Shown: positions 55,284 to 64,000 of the stretch, in pieces
How the letters are laid out: each line of letters starts with the position of its first letter
How positions within the stretch are numbered: position 1 is the stretch's first letter
Assembly: GCA_963801155.1 (NCBI GenBank)
Contig: CAWDEB010000026.1
Span: forward strand, 24,038-88,037
Source of the DNA: an uncultured Actinomycetes bacterium
GTDB lineage: Bacteria > Actinomycetota > Actinomycetes > Streptosporangiales > Streptosporangiaceae
DNA length: 64,000 nucleotides
Reading direction: 5' to 3'
Notes under the pieces: model-generated
What the model saw: only the letters and a program-made list of their open reading frames with translations
Databases searched by the model: none
What the model was told of the DNA's origin: nothing
Program-made: the position numbers and the translations under genes

Positions 55284-56972
55284 TCAGCCTTCGTCGGCGA
55301 TCAGGGGCTCCAGCAGGATCTCCGGGTGCTCCCGCTGCAGCTGGCCGAGCCGCCACTTGTCGCTGAACAGCGCGAGCAGGGCGCCGTCGTGGCGGCGGGT
55401 CAGCACCTCGGTGGCGCGCTGCCCGGCCAGGGCCCGGGCGCCCTCGGCATCGGTCCGCCTGGCCAGCGTGTAGTCGAGGTGATCGAGTTCCGCGCGGGCG
55501 CCGAACTCGTGCTCGAGCCGGTGCAGCACCACGTCGAACTGCAGCGGACCGACGGCGGCCAGCACCGGGGCCTGGTCGCCGCGCAGGTCGGAGGCGAGGA
55601 CCTGGACGACGCCCTCGGTATCGAGCTGCTCGATCCCGCGCCGGAACTGCTTGGCCTTGCCCGCCTCCTTGCCGCGGACCACCGCGAAGTGCTCGGGTGC
55701 GAAGCTCGGGATGGGCGGGAACTCGACCGGGATCCTCCCACCCGCGTACAGCGTGTCGCCCGGCCGAAGGGCGGTCGCGTTGACCAGGCCGATCACGTCG
55801 CCCGGGAAGGCCTCCTCGACGGTCTCCCGGTCCTGGCCGAACATGGACTGGGCGTACTTGGTGGCGAAGGGGCGCCCGGTGGCGGCGTGGGTGAGCACCA
55901 TGCCGCGCTCGAACCGGCCCGAGCACACCCGCACGAACGCCATCCGGTCCCGGTGCGCCGGGTCCATGTTGGCCTGCACCTTGAACACCAGGCCGGAGAA
56001 CGGAGCGTCGAGGCGGCGCGGCTCGCCCTTGACGTCCTCCCGCGCGGCCGGCGGCGGAGCGAGCTCGGTCACCACGTCGAGCAGGCGGCGGACGCCGAAG
56101 TTCGGCAGCGCGGCCCCGAACAGCACCGGGCTCGACACCCCGGCCAGAAATGACGCCATGTCGACACCCGGGCCGTAGATCTCGTCGAGCAGGGCCAGTT
56201 CCTCCCGCGCCGCCGCGTAGGCCTCGCCACCTATGCCCTTCCCGCGTGCCGCGGCGGCCGCGGCGTCGAGCCGCGTCTCCAGGGCGCGCCCGGCCCCGCC
56301 CGGGGTCCTGGTGAAGGTGGTGTAGCCGCCGGTCGCCCGCTCGATCAGCCCGCGGAAGTCACCGGCCACGCCGACCGGCCAGTTCACCGGGGCCGGGCGG
56401 AGCCCGATCCGCTGCTCGATCTCGTCGAGCAGTTCCAGCGGTTCGCGGCCCGGCCGGTCCCACTTGTTCACGAACGTGATCACCGGGACGCCCCGGCTCC
56501 GGCACACGTCGAACAGCTTCAGCGTCTGCGGCTCGAGGCCCTTGGCCGAGTCGAGCAGCATGATCGCGCCGTCCACCGCGGACAGCACCCGGTAGGTATC
56601 CTCGGAGAAATCCGCGTGACCCGGGGTATCAAGCAGGTTCAGCACCATGTCCCGGTAATCGAAGCGGAGCGCCGCGGAGGTGATCGAGATGCCCCGGGCG
56701 CGTTCCATCGCCATCCAGTCCGAGGTCACACCGCGCCGGCCGGCCTTGCCGTGCACCGCGCCTGCCTGGGTAATCGCCGAGGCGTGCAGGGCCAGGGCCT
56801 CGGTCAGGGTGGACTTGCCCGCGTCGGGGTGGCTGATGACCGCGAACGCCCGGCGCTTGCCCGCTTCGGCCAGTACCTTCGAGTCGGGCACTCTCGGTGA
56901 AGAGGCATCGGGGAGGTGCGCGGAGCTATATGTGGGGGCACGCGGAGGCGCCCCCGTATCCGCCATGGTCAC
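55284..56972 (-). CDS. prfC: peptide chain release factor 3
   Basis: 562 aa with GTPase motifs AVISHPDAGKSTLTE, DTPGHADF and NKWD, with RF3-like sequence throughout. Confidence 0.9.
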   Translation of the reverse strand: MTMADTGAPPRAPTYSSAHLPDASSPRVPDSKVLAEAGKRRAFAVISHPDAGKSTLTEALALHASAITQAGAVHGKAGRRGVTSDWMAMERARGISITSAALRFDYRDMVLNLLDTPGHADFSEDTYRVLSAVDGAIMLLDSAKGLEPQTLKLFDVCRSRGVPVITFVNKWDRPGREPLELLDEIEQRIGLRPAPVNWPVGVAGDFRGLIERATGGYTTFTRTPGGAGRALETRLDAAAAAARGKGIGGEAYAAAREELALLDEIYGPGVDMASFLAGVSSPVLFGAALPNFGVRRLLDVVTELAPPPAAREDVKGEPRRLDAPFSGLVFKVQANMDPAHRDRMAFVRVCSGRFERGMVLTHAATGRPFATKYAQSMFGQDRETVEEAFPGDVIGLVNATALRPGDTLYAGGRIPVEFPPIPSFAPEHFAVVRGKEAGKAKQFRRGIEQLDTEGVVQVLASDLRGDQAPVLAAVGPLQFDVVLHRLEHEFGARAELDHLDYTLARRTDAEGARALAGQRATEVLTRRHDGALLALFSDKWRLGQLQREHPEILLEPLIADEG

Positions 56973-56993
56973 TTACGTGAGGATACTGGGTCC

Positions 56994-57572
56994 GTGGACC
57001 GTGTCCTGACGATCCCGAACGCGATCAGCGCGGCCCGGCTGGCTGGGGTCCCGGTCTTCCTGTGGCTGGTGCTCGGGCCCCGGACCGCCACCGCCGATTA
57101 CTGGGCGGTCGGGCTGCTCATCGTCGCGGGCGCCTCCGACTGGCTGGACGGCAAGATCGCCCGCGCGCTGAACCAGACCAGCCGGCTCGGCCAGGTGCTC
57201 GACCCGGCCGCGGACCGGCTGTACATCGCGGCGACCATCGTCGCGCTCGCGGTGCGGGAGATCATCCCGTGGTGGCTGGTCGCCATCCTCGCCGCCCGCG
57301 AGCTGGTCGTGGGCGCGGCCCTGGGCGTGCTCAAGCGCCGGGTCGGCTTCGGCACCCTGCAGGTCAGCCTGGTCGGGAAGGCCGCCACCTTGTGCCTGCT
57401 TTACGCCTTCCCGCTGCTGTTCCTCGGCGATCACCCTGGCTGGGGCGGAACGCTGGCCCGGGTCATAGGCTGGGCCTTCGCGATCTGGGGGACCGTCCTG
57501 TACTGGTGGGCCGCGATGCTGTACCTAACCCAGGTGAGAAGCTTGGCCGGCGGCGGTGGGGTACATACCTAG
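56994..57572 (+). CDS. CDP-alcohol phosphatidyltransferase (PgsA/cardiolipin-synthase type)
   Basis: GTG 56994. Signature DWLDGKIARALNQTSRLGQVLDPAADR (D-x2-DG-x2-AR...G-x3-D-x3-D). Multi-TM. Confidence 0.8.
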   Translation: MDRVLTIPNAISAARLAGVPVFLWLVLGPRTATADYWAVGLLIVAGASDWLDGKIARALNQTSRLGQVLDPAADRLYIAATIVALAVREIIPWWLVAILAARELVVGAALGVLKRRVGFGTLQVSLVGKAATLCLLYAFPLLFLGDHPGWGGTLARVIGWAFAIWGTVLYWWAAMLYLTQVRSLAGGGGVHT

Positions 57573-57590
57573 GGTGGGCTAGAGGGAGAA

Positions 57591-60125
57591 ATGGGGCCGG
57601 ATGCCGGGAAGGGAGCTGCGAAACCATTGAAGGCCGTCGTCATGGCAGGTGGGGAAGGGACACGGCTGCGGCCGATGACCGCTAACCAGCCCAAGCCCAT
57701 GCTTCCGGTGGCCAATCGGCCCATCATGGAACACGTGCTGCGGCTGCTCAAGCGGCACGGGTTCGATGAGACCATCGTGACCGTCCAGTTCCTCGCCGCG
57801 CTCGTCCGGAACTACTTCGGCGACGGCGAGGAGTTCGGGATGAGCCTGCAGTACGCCACCGAGGAGATGCCGCTGGGCACCGCGGGCAGCGTCAGGAACG
57901 CCGAGGACGCGCTGCGCGATGAGCCGTTCCTGGTCATCTCGGGCGACGCGCTGACCGACATGGACCTGACCGCGCTGGTCGACTTCCATAAGGAGAAGGG
58001 CGCGCTGGTCACCGTGGGCCTGGCCCGCATGCCCAACCCGCTGGAGTTCGGCATCGTGATCACCCAGGAGGACGGCCGGATCCAGCGCTTCCTCGAGAAG
58101 CCGACCTGGGGCCAGGTGTTCTCGGACACGGTCAACACCGGGCTGTACGTGATGGAGCCGGAAGTGCTGGCCGAGGTCCCGCCCGGCGAGATGGTCGACT
58201 GGTCTGGTGACGTCTTCCCTAAGCTGCTCAAGCGCGGCGCCCCGCTGTTCGGTTACATCTCCGACGGCTACTGGGAAGACGTGGGGACCCACGAGAGCTA
58301 CCTGAAGGCTCAGGCCGACGTGCTGGCCCGCCGGGTGCAGAGCGATATCGCCGGGTTCGAGGTGTCGCCCGGCGTCTGGGTCGCCGAGGGCGCCGAGGTC
58401 GACGCGGACGCGGTCCTTACCGGCCCGCTGTGCATCGGGGACTACGCCCGGATCGAGGCGGGCGCGCACCTGCGCGAATACACGGTGATCGGCAGCAACG
58501 TGGTGGTCAAGGAGGGTGCCTTCATTCATCGGGCGGTGGTGCACAACAACGTCTACGTCGGCCAGGGTGTCACCCTGCGCGGCTGCGTGATCGGGAAGAA
58601 CACCGATGTCATGCGGCTGGCCAGGATCGAGGAGGGCGCGATCGTCGGGGACGAGTGCGTCATCGAGCCCGAGGCCTACTTGTCCGCCAAGGTGAAGGTC
58701 TACCCGTTCAAGACCATCGAGGCCGGCGCGGTGGTGAACAACAGCGTGATCTGGGAGTCCCGGGGCCAGCGCACCCTGTTCGGCCCGCGGGGCGTGTCGG
58801 GTCTGATCAACGTGGAGGTCACCCCCGAGCTGGCGGTGCGCCTGGCCAGCGCCTATGCCACCATGCTGCGCAAGGGCTCCACGGTTACCACGTCCAGGGA
58901 CGCGTCGCGGGCCGCGCGGACGCTGAAGCGGGCCGTGCAGTCAGCGCTGAACGCCAGCGCGATCAACGTCGTCGACCTGGAGGCCCAGCCGCTTCCCGTC
59001 GTCCGGTTCGAGACGGCCCGTGAACACTACAGCGGGGGCGTCGCCATCCGCACCACGCCCGGCGACCCGCAGTCCGTCGACATCATCTTCCTCGACGAGC
59101 GCGGCGCCGAGCTGTCCCAGGCAGACCAGCGCAAGCTGGAGCGCGTCTTCTCCCGGCAGGAGTTCCGCCGGGCCTTCCCCGGTGAGATCGCCGAACTCAG
59201 CTACCCGCCCAGGGTGGTCGAGTCGTACACCCGCGAACTGCTCAGGTGCATCGATATGAGCGGCGTCAGCGAGGCCAACCTGAAGGTGGTCGCGGACTGC
59301 GCGGGCGGGACCACCTCCCTGGTACTGCCCAGCCTGCTCGGGACGATCGGGGTAGGCGTGCTCACGCTCAACAACCGGCTGGATGAGATATCACCGACCG
59401 AGACCATCGCGCAGCAGCGGGCGGGCCTGCAGCGCCTGGCCGAGATGGTCTCGTCGTCACGGGCCGCGTTCGGCGTCAGGTTCGACCCGGTCGGGGAGCG
59501 GATACAGCTCGTGGACGAGAAGGGCGAGCTGGTCAGCGAGGACCGGGCGCTGCTGTCCGTGCTCGACCTGGTGGCGGCCGAGCGTAAGTCCGGCCGGGTG
59601 GCCCTGCCGGTGACCACTACCCGGGTGGCCGAACAGGTCTGCCGTTTCCACGGGGTCCAGGTGACCTGGACGCCGACGTCGATGGACGCGCTGACCGTGG
59701 CGGCGGCCAGCGAGGACGTGATCTTCGCGGCCGACGGGCGCGGCGGGTTCGTGGTGCCAGAGTGCGCCCGCACGGTGGACGGCCTCGCGGCCTTCGTCCG
59801 GCTGCTCGGCCTGGTGGCCCGAACCAGGCTCACGCTCAGCCAGATTGACGCCAGGATCCCGGTCGCGCATATGCTCAAGCGGTCCATCCCGACGCTGTGG
59901 GCGGCCAAGGGCAGCGTGATGCGGACCGTCGTCGAGGCCGCGGGCAGCCACGAGATCGACACCACGGACGGGGTGCGGGTCGTAGTGCCGGATCGCGGCT
60001 GGGTGCTCGCGCTGCCGGACCCGGCCGACGCCGTCACCCACCTGTGGGCGGAGGGCAATGATGCCGATAACGCCCAGCTGCTCATGGACGAGTGGGCCGA
60101 GGTGGTGGAGCAGGCGGGTCGCTAG
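57591..60125 (+). CDS. bifunctional sugar-1-phosphate nucleotidyltransferase (ManC-like) / phosphomannomutase-phosphoglucomutase-like protein
   Basis: 844 aa with N-terminus AVVMAGGEGTRLRPMT.., a hexapeptide-repeat middle and a C-terminal PGM/PMM-like four-domain region. Confidence 0.8.
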   Translation: MGPDAGKGAAKPLKAVVMAGGEGTRLRPMTANQPKPMLPVANRPIMEHVLRLLKRHGFDETIVTVQFLAALVRNYFGDGEEFGMSLQYATEEMPLGTAGSVRNAEDALRDEPFLVISGDALTDMDLTALVDFHKEKGALVTVGLARMPNPLEFGIVITQEDGRIQRFLEKPTWGQVFSDTVNTGLYVMEPEVLAEVPPGEMVDWSGDVFPKLLKRGAPLFGYISDGYWEDVGTHESYLKAQADVLARRVQSDIAGFEVSPGVWVAEGAEVDADAVLTGPLCIGDYARIEAGAHLREYTVIGSNVVVKEGAFIHRAVVHNNVYVGQGVTLRGCVIGKNTDVMRLARIEEGAIVGDECVIEPEAYLSAKVKVYPFKTIEAGAVVNNSVIWESRGQRTLFGPRGVSGLINVEVTPELAVRLASAYATMLRKGSTVTTSRDASRAARTLKRAVQSALNASAINVVDLEAQPLPVVRFETAREHYSGGVAIRTTPGDPQSVDIIFLDERGAELSQADQRKLERVFSRQEFRRAFPGEIAELSYPPRVVESYTRELLRCIDMSGVSEANLKVVADCAGGTTSLVLPSLLGTIGVGVLTLNNRLDEISPTETIAQQRAGLQRLAEMVSSSRAAFGVRFDPVGERIQLVDEKGELVSEDRALLSVLDLVAAERKSGRVALPVTTTRVAEQVCRFHGVQVTWTPTSMDALTVAAASEDVIFAADGRGGFVVPECARTVDGLAAFVRLLGLVARTRLTLSQIDARIPVAHMLKRSIPTLWAAKGSVMRTVVEAAGSHEIDTTDGVRVVVPDRGWVLALPDPADAVTHLWAEGNDADNAQLLMDEWAEVVEQAGR

Positions 60126-60443
60126 CTGTGTGCGGGTAAGCTGTGTCTCTCGCGCGCGATGATGCGAAACGCTCGAACTACGCGAAATTCGCAAATAGTG
60201 AGAGAATCGCGCCCACTGCGGTGTGAAGGGATTTCGCCCGGCGGTCATCGCCCGCCGTGAGCGACGGGTGCATGGCTGGTGGACGACGGAGGTGAGACGG
60301 CGGTGTGGCGGAAGCGTCGCGGAGGCAAGAAGAAACGTGGCGGGCGCGGTCTGTTCGCGTGGCGCATGGACCGCCGAGCCTCCGCCCAGGTACCTTGGGC
60401 TGGGTCGCCTGATGAGCTCACCGAGGGGAGGTCGACCGGAGGC

Positions 60444-61025
60444 ATGCCACCCATCTACTGCGCCCGGTGCGGCCGGCCGAATTCCGACGGTGCCCGGTTC
60501 TGCTCGAATTGCGGTACCCAGCTGGCCAGGACCGGGACGACGTCGGCTGTTCCCGGACTCGGCGCTCGCCCGGGCGAGACCACGTCGACGCTGTCGCTGA
60601 ACCGGCCAGACGACGCCGATTTGGGCGACGACCTTTTCCCGGACTCCGCCTCGCTCGGTGCCCTGCCGGAAGGCAGCGCGCTGCTCCTGGTCATGCGCGG
60701 CCCGAACGCGGGCAGCAGGTTCCGGCTGGATGGCGAGCTGACCACGGCAGGCAGGCACCCGGACAGCGACATCTTCCTCGACGACGTCACGGTCTCGCGA
60801 CGGCACGCGGAGTTCTACCGCCGGGGCGCCTTTTTCACCGTCCGGGATGTGGGCAGCCTCAATGGCACCTATGTCAACCGGGAGCGCATCGAGGAGGCGC
60901 AGCTGACCGGAGGGGACGAGGTCCAGATCGGCAAGTTCCGGCTGCTGTTCCTGACTAGCCAGAACCTTGACCCGAGAACGCCCTCGGTCGACCCTCGCGG
61001 CAGGGGCGCGCAGGACTACGCGTGA
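60444..61025 (+). CDS. FHA-domain protein with N-terminal zinc ribbon (GarA/OdhI-neighbourhood type)
   Basis: MPPIYCARCGRPNSDGARFCSNCG.. then FHA (..TAGRHPDSDIFLDDVTVSRRHAEF..VRDVGSLNGTYVN). The ORF-track start at 60279 is probably too early. Confidence 0.8.
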   Translation: MPPIYCARCGRPNSDGARFCSNCGTQLARTGTTSAVPGLGARPGETTSTLSLNRPDDADLGDDLFPDSASLGALPEGSALLLVMRGPNAGSRFRLDGELTTAGRHPDSDIFLDDVTVSRRHAEFYRRGAFFTVRDVGSLNGTYVNRERIEEAQLTGGDEVQIGKFRLLFLTSQNLDPRTPSVDPRGRGAQDYA

Positions 61026-61032
61026 GAGCGGC

Positions 61033-61962
61033 ATGAGCGATCAGCCCGCGCGCGGCCAGTTCGGTATTAGCGAGGTGCTGGCGCAGCTGCTTCCGGAATT
61101 TCCCGACATCAGTACCTCCAAGATCCGCTTCCTCGAGGCCAAAGGGCTGATCGAGCCGGCCAGGTCGCGATCGGGCTACCGCCGGTTCTCGGCGGAGGAC
61201 ATCGACCGGCTGCGCTACATCCTCACCGTGCAGCGCGACTCGTACCTTCCGTTGCAGGTGATCAGGGAACGGCTCGCCGACGGCGCGGGGAACCCCAGGA
61301 ACCCCGGAGGTAACGGAGTCCCGGGTGCCGACGGCGGCTCCGGGCGTGTGCCCGCTGACATGTCCCGGCGCCAGCTGCTCGAGGCGGCGGGCATCGAGGA
61401 CGAGGAGCTGACCGAGCTCGAGGACTACGGCCTGATCCGCCGGGTCGGCCGGCAGTACGGCCCGGAGGCGCTCGCGGTCGCCCGTGCGGTGGCCGCGCTT
61501 CGCCAGTACGGGGTGCAGGCCCGGCACCTACGGGCGGTCAAGGCTGCGGCCGATCGGGAGGCCAACCTGATCGAGCAGGTGGTGGCGCCGCAGCTCCGCC
61601 AGCGCGACCCTGGAGCCAGGGATGCGGCGGCGCGGACCGCCTGGCAGATCGCGGATCTCACCTTGCGGCTGCATGCGACGCTGGTCGAATCAGCGCTGGC
61701 GGAGGCCGGACTGCCCGCGGCTCCCGGCCGCGCCAGCCGATACGAGCCGGAGCCCGGTCTGCCGGAGCAGGTCGCTGATTCCTCCGGACCCCAGGCGGGG
61801 GGCCTGAGGTCGGCTTCCGGGCGATTACGGGTGTACCTTGGCAAAGGGAGAGGTGGCCAGCAAAGGTTCGCCAGGCACGTGAGGACGGAGCTGCAGTGCG
61901 GCAGATGGAGGTCATCGGCGTCCGAGTCGAGATGCCGTCAAACAGCCCCATCGTCTTGCTGA
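61033..61962 (+). CDS. MerR-family regulator (Rv1828/FtsR-like); 3' end uncertain
   Basis: ISEVLAQLLPEFPDISTSKIRFLEAKGLIEPARSRSGYRRFSAEDIDRLRYIL. The last about 85 codons are low-quality sequence overlapping the next gene by 67 nt. Confidence 0.7.
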   Translation: MSDQPARGQFGISEVLAQLLPEFPDISTSKIRFLEAKGLIEPARSRSGYRRFSAEDIDRLRYILTVQRDSYLPLQVIRERLADGAGNPRNPGGNGVPGADGGSGRVPADMSRRQLLEAAGIEDEELTELEDYGLIRRVGRQYGPEALAVARAVAALRQYGVQARHLRAVKAAADREANLIEQVVAPQLRQRDPGARDAAARTAWQIADLTLRLHATLVESALAEAGLPAAPGRASRYEPEPGLPEQVADSSGPQAGGLRSASGRLRVYLGKGRGGQQRFARHVRTELQCGRWRSSASESRCRQTAPSSC

Positions 61963-62366
61963 AGGAGGCGCAGGGGGATCGGTACCTGCCCATCTGGATC
62001 GGGGCGGTCGAGGCAACGGCAATCGCCTTCGCCCAGCAGGGCATGGTGTCCGTCCGGCCGTTGACGCACGATCTGTTCAAGGACGTGCTCGAGGTTCTGA
62101 ACATCCAGCTGCGCACCGTGAATATCACTGAGCTGCGCGACGGGATCTTCTACGCGGATCTCGTGTTCTCCAATGGCGCCGAGGTGAGCGCGCGGCCGTC
62201 GGACTCGATCGCGCTGGCGCTGCGCACCGGCGCGCAGATCTTCGCCAGCGAGGAGATTCTGGACGAGGTCGGCGTGGCCATCCCGGACGAGCAGGAGGAC
62301 GAAGTGGAGAAGTTCCGGGAATTCCTCGACACCATCTCCCCTGAGGACTTCGGCCGGGCCACGTGA
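61896..62366 (+). CDS. bifunctional nuclease family protein (DUF151, Rv1829-like)
   Basis: MEVIGVRVEMPSNSPIVLLKE..RYLPIWIGAVEATAIA..RPLTHDL... An alternative start is ATG 61905. Confidence 0.8.
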   Translation: MRQMEVIGVRVEMPSNSPIVLLKEAQGDRYLPIWIGAVEATAIAFAQQGMVSVRPLTHDLFKDVLEVLNIQLRTVNITELRDGIFYADLVFSNGAEVSARPSDSIALALRTGAQIFASEEILDEVGVAIPDEQEDEVEKFREFLDTISPEDFGRAT

Positions 62367-62464
62367 ACCGGCGCGCCCGGCGAGCCCGTCGGCCTCATGC
62401 GTCCGGGTATGCCACAGTGCTATCCGATGAGGGCGGGAATGTTGCGACGCGCCGTACGGGGTCG

Positions 62465-62494
62465 TTGACGCCGCCACCCAGGTCGGCTTACGGT
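62465..62494 (+). promoter_or_regulatory. candidate promoter of the second MerR gene
   Basis: TTGACG (62465-70), an 18-nt spacer and TACGGT (62489-94). Confidence 0.3.
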
Positions 62495-62520
62495 GCGAAT
62501 GCCGTGGGTAGTCAGCTCCC

Positions 62521-63186
62521 GTGGAGGTAGGTGTGGCGGTGACCAGGGATGCCAGCGACGACGGGACGTCCGCCGCTGACGACCCGCGTGGCACCCAGGG
62601 GACCCTTTTCGAGGCTGACGAGGCGCTCGGGACCTCCCGCGTCGGCGCCGGATCGGCGGACATCGGCTACCGCGGCCCGACCGCGTGCGCGGCGGCCGGG
62701 ATCACCTACCGTCAGCTTGACTACTGGGCGCGCACGGGCCTGGTCGAGCCCAGCGTGCGGGCCGCTCACGGTTCCGGCTCCCAGCGCCTGTACGGTTTCC
62801 GCGACATTCTGGTGCTCAAGGTCGTGAAGCGGCTGCTTGACACGGGGATCTCATTGCAGCAGATCCGGGCCGCGGTCCAGCACCTGCGCGATCGCGGCAC
62901 CGAGGACCTGGCCCAGGTCACGCTGATGAGCGACGGGGTCAGCGTCTACGAGTGCACGTCGGCGGACGAGGTGGTGGACCTGCTCCAGGGCGGCCAGGGT
63001 GTGTTCGGCATCGCGCTCGGCCGGGTCTGGCGCGAGGTGGAGGGTGACCTGGCGGTGCTGCCCGCCGTGCGGGCGGAGGACGGTTTCGTTGCCGTCGACC
63101 CACGGGGCTCCGATGGCTCCTACGGCTCCGGGTCCGCGGTCGGCCAGGACGATCTGGCCAAGCGCCGCCTCCGCCGCACCAGCTGA
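62521..63186 (+). CDS. MerR-family regulator (Rv1830-like)
   Basis: GITYRQLDYWARTGLVEPSVRAAHGSGSQRLYGFRDILVLKVVKRLLDTGISLQQIR. Confidence 0.8.
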   Translation: MEVGVAVTRDASDDGTSAADDPRGTQGTLFEADEALGTSRVGAGSADIGYRGPTACAAAGITYRQLDYWARTGLVEPSVRAAHGSGSQRLYGFRDILVLKVVKRLLDTGISLQQIRAAVQHLRDRGTEDLAQVTLMSDGVSVYECTSADEVVDLLQGGQGVFGIALGRVWREVEGDLAVLPAVRAEDGFVAVDPRGSDGSYGSGSAVGQDDLAKRRLRRTS

Positions 63187-63558
63187 GACGGCGATCGCGC
63201 CTCACCCGCGCCATCCCCGCGAAAGCGCCGAATTCGGGACATATCGGCCATGTCTGTCCGGGGGTGACAGTGGCGAGCAGGTCTGTTTAAATGCTCCCAT
63301 CGCTGATCCGAGTGCTTTGGTCGAGGGTGCTCACCGGTCGGCGGGAATGTGACTGCTGTCGCATGCTCCCGGGTCGAGGACGTGCGTCTGGAGGGGGATC
63401 AAGTGACCAGTATGCCGTGGGACGCGCAGGGCGAGGCACAGGCGGCATCGCGCACCATCGTGGCCGAATCCGCGGTACGGGCCCCCGGCCGGCGTCGATC
63501 GCCGTCACAGGGTTTCCTAGCTGGCTGATGCCGGTCAGCTCGGAAAGGAAGCCACGAC

Positions 63559-64000
63559 GTGATTAGCGATCCGTTGATGCCAGGAGACGGCGTGAAGAGG
63601 CGCCCGTGGCTGGCCCTGACGGCCTCGCAGTTGGGAGCCGCGCACCAGGCCGCGGGCCTGCCCAACCAGGATGCGGTCGCAGCCCATCAGATCCGCCCGG
63701 ATGTACTGGTCGCGGCCGTGGCCGACGGGCATGGTCACCGCCGCCATTTCCGGAGCGCCCGCGGTTCGCGGTTCGCGGTGGCCGTCGCCTGCGAGGCCGC
63801 CCGGGAACTGGCCGCGCGGCTGGACGACTTCGAGACGGCTGGGCAGATCGAATCCGAGGCGCTGCGAAGGCTCGTCCCGGCCATCACCGGGCCATGGCGT
63901 GATGCCGTGCGCGAGGATGTTGCCGCCGATCCCTTTACCGCCCGGGAAGAGGCCGCCCGCGCCAAGGGCGACGATGCGCTCATCGCTTACGGATCCACCC
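63559..64000 (+). CDS. PP2C-like protein phosphatase domain protein (3' end outside window)
   Basis: An open frame to the window edge, translated by hand: VISDPLMPGDGVKRRPWLALTASQLGAAHQAAGLPNQDAVAAHQ..VAAVADGHGH... GGAAAGGAAG lies 7 nt before GTG 63559. Alternative starts are 63577 and 63592. Confidence 0.55.
   Translation, partial: MISDPLMPGDGVKRRPWLALTASQLGAAHQAAGLPNQDAVAAHQIRPDVLVAAVADGHGHRRHFRSARGSRFAVAVACEAARELAARLDDFETAGQIESEALRRLVPAITGPWRDAVREDVAADPFTAREEAARAKGDDALIAYGST

Noticed and set aside
60409-60416. CUGAUGAG, the hammerhead-ribozyme core sequence, in the FHA leader.
   Set aside because: There is no matching GAAA core element. The required helices I and III cannot be drawn from the flanking sequence.
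63403-63528. A 41-codon ORF ([41 protein letters not shown]) preceded by GGAGGGGG in the 370-bp spacer before the PP2C-like gene.
   Set aside because: The RBS-like sequence is common in this GC-rich DNA. The peptide has no distinguishing features and there is no conservation evidence available.
1-64000. Looked for tRNA/rRNA genes, IS elements, integrases and prophage genes.
   Set aside because: No T-loop (GGTTCGAATCC-like) or acceptor-stem patterns appear in any intergenic region. There are no transposase, integrase or phage-structural-like translations in any frame.

Overview
The window is very G+C-rich, judged by eye at roughly 70% or more. It looks like actinomycete chromosome, probably Streptosporangiales-like, though that is a guess from protein styles. 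I can support about 55 protein-coding genes. I found no rRNA, tRNA, CRISPR array, transposase or integrase.

Core or housekeeping blocks:
- glgC-glgA
- fused anthranilate synthase trpE(G), preceded by a classical Trp attenuator
- fadA-fadB
- prfC
- a CDP-alcohol phosphatidyltransferase
- a ManC/phosphomannomutase fusion
- the conserved actinobacterial FHA / MerR / bifunctional-nuclease / MerR block (Rv1827-Rv1830-like)

Accessory-looking blocks:
- A low-GC islet at about 2.9-4.1 kb with an orphan membrane protein.
- A translationally coupled pair: a HAL-like protein lacking the MIO motif and an ornithine-cyclodeaminase-like protein. It sits divergent from a ferredoxin-P450 pair.
- A tandemly duplicated ricin-lectin gene.
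- Four large ATPase-LuxR (LAL-type) regulators packed into 12.4 kb, together with a haloalkane dehalogenase, a DUF302 module and an MFS pump.
- A Phd/VapC toxin-antitoxin (TA) cassette sitting in a scar flanked by gene relics.

Observations I rate highest:
- (a) A dispersed G6/C6-tract palindromic element is present three times. Two copies lie inside ORFs without breaking the frame.
- (b) One regulator joins a LexA-type N-terminal DNA-binding domain to an XRE helix-turn-helix domain, in place of the S24 autoprotease.
- (c) The four-member LAL regulator cluster.
- (d) The HAL-like/OCD/Fdx/P450 unit.

Caveat: about 20 apparent frameshifts interrupt otherwise well-conserved genes. Either the assembly carries many indel errors or the strain is undergoing pseudogenisation. 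CDS boundaries given for frameshifted genes are therefore reconstructions across frames.
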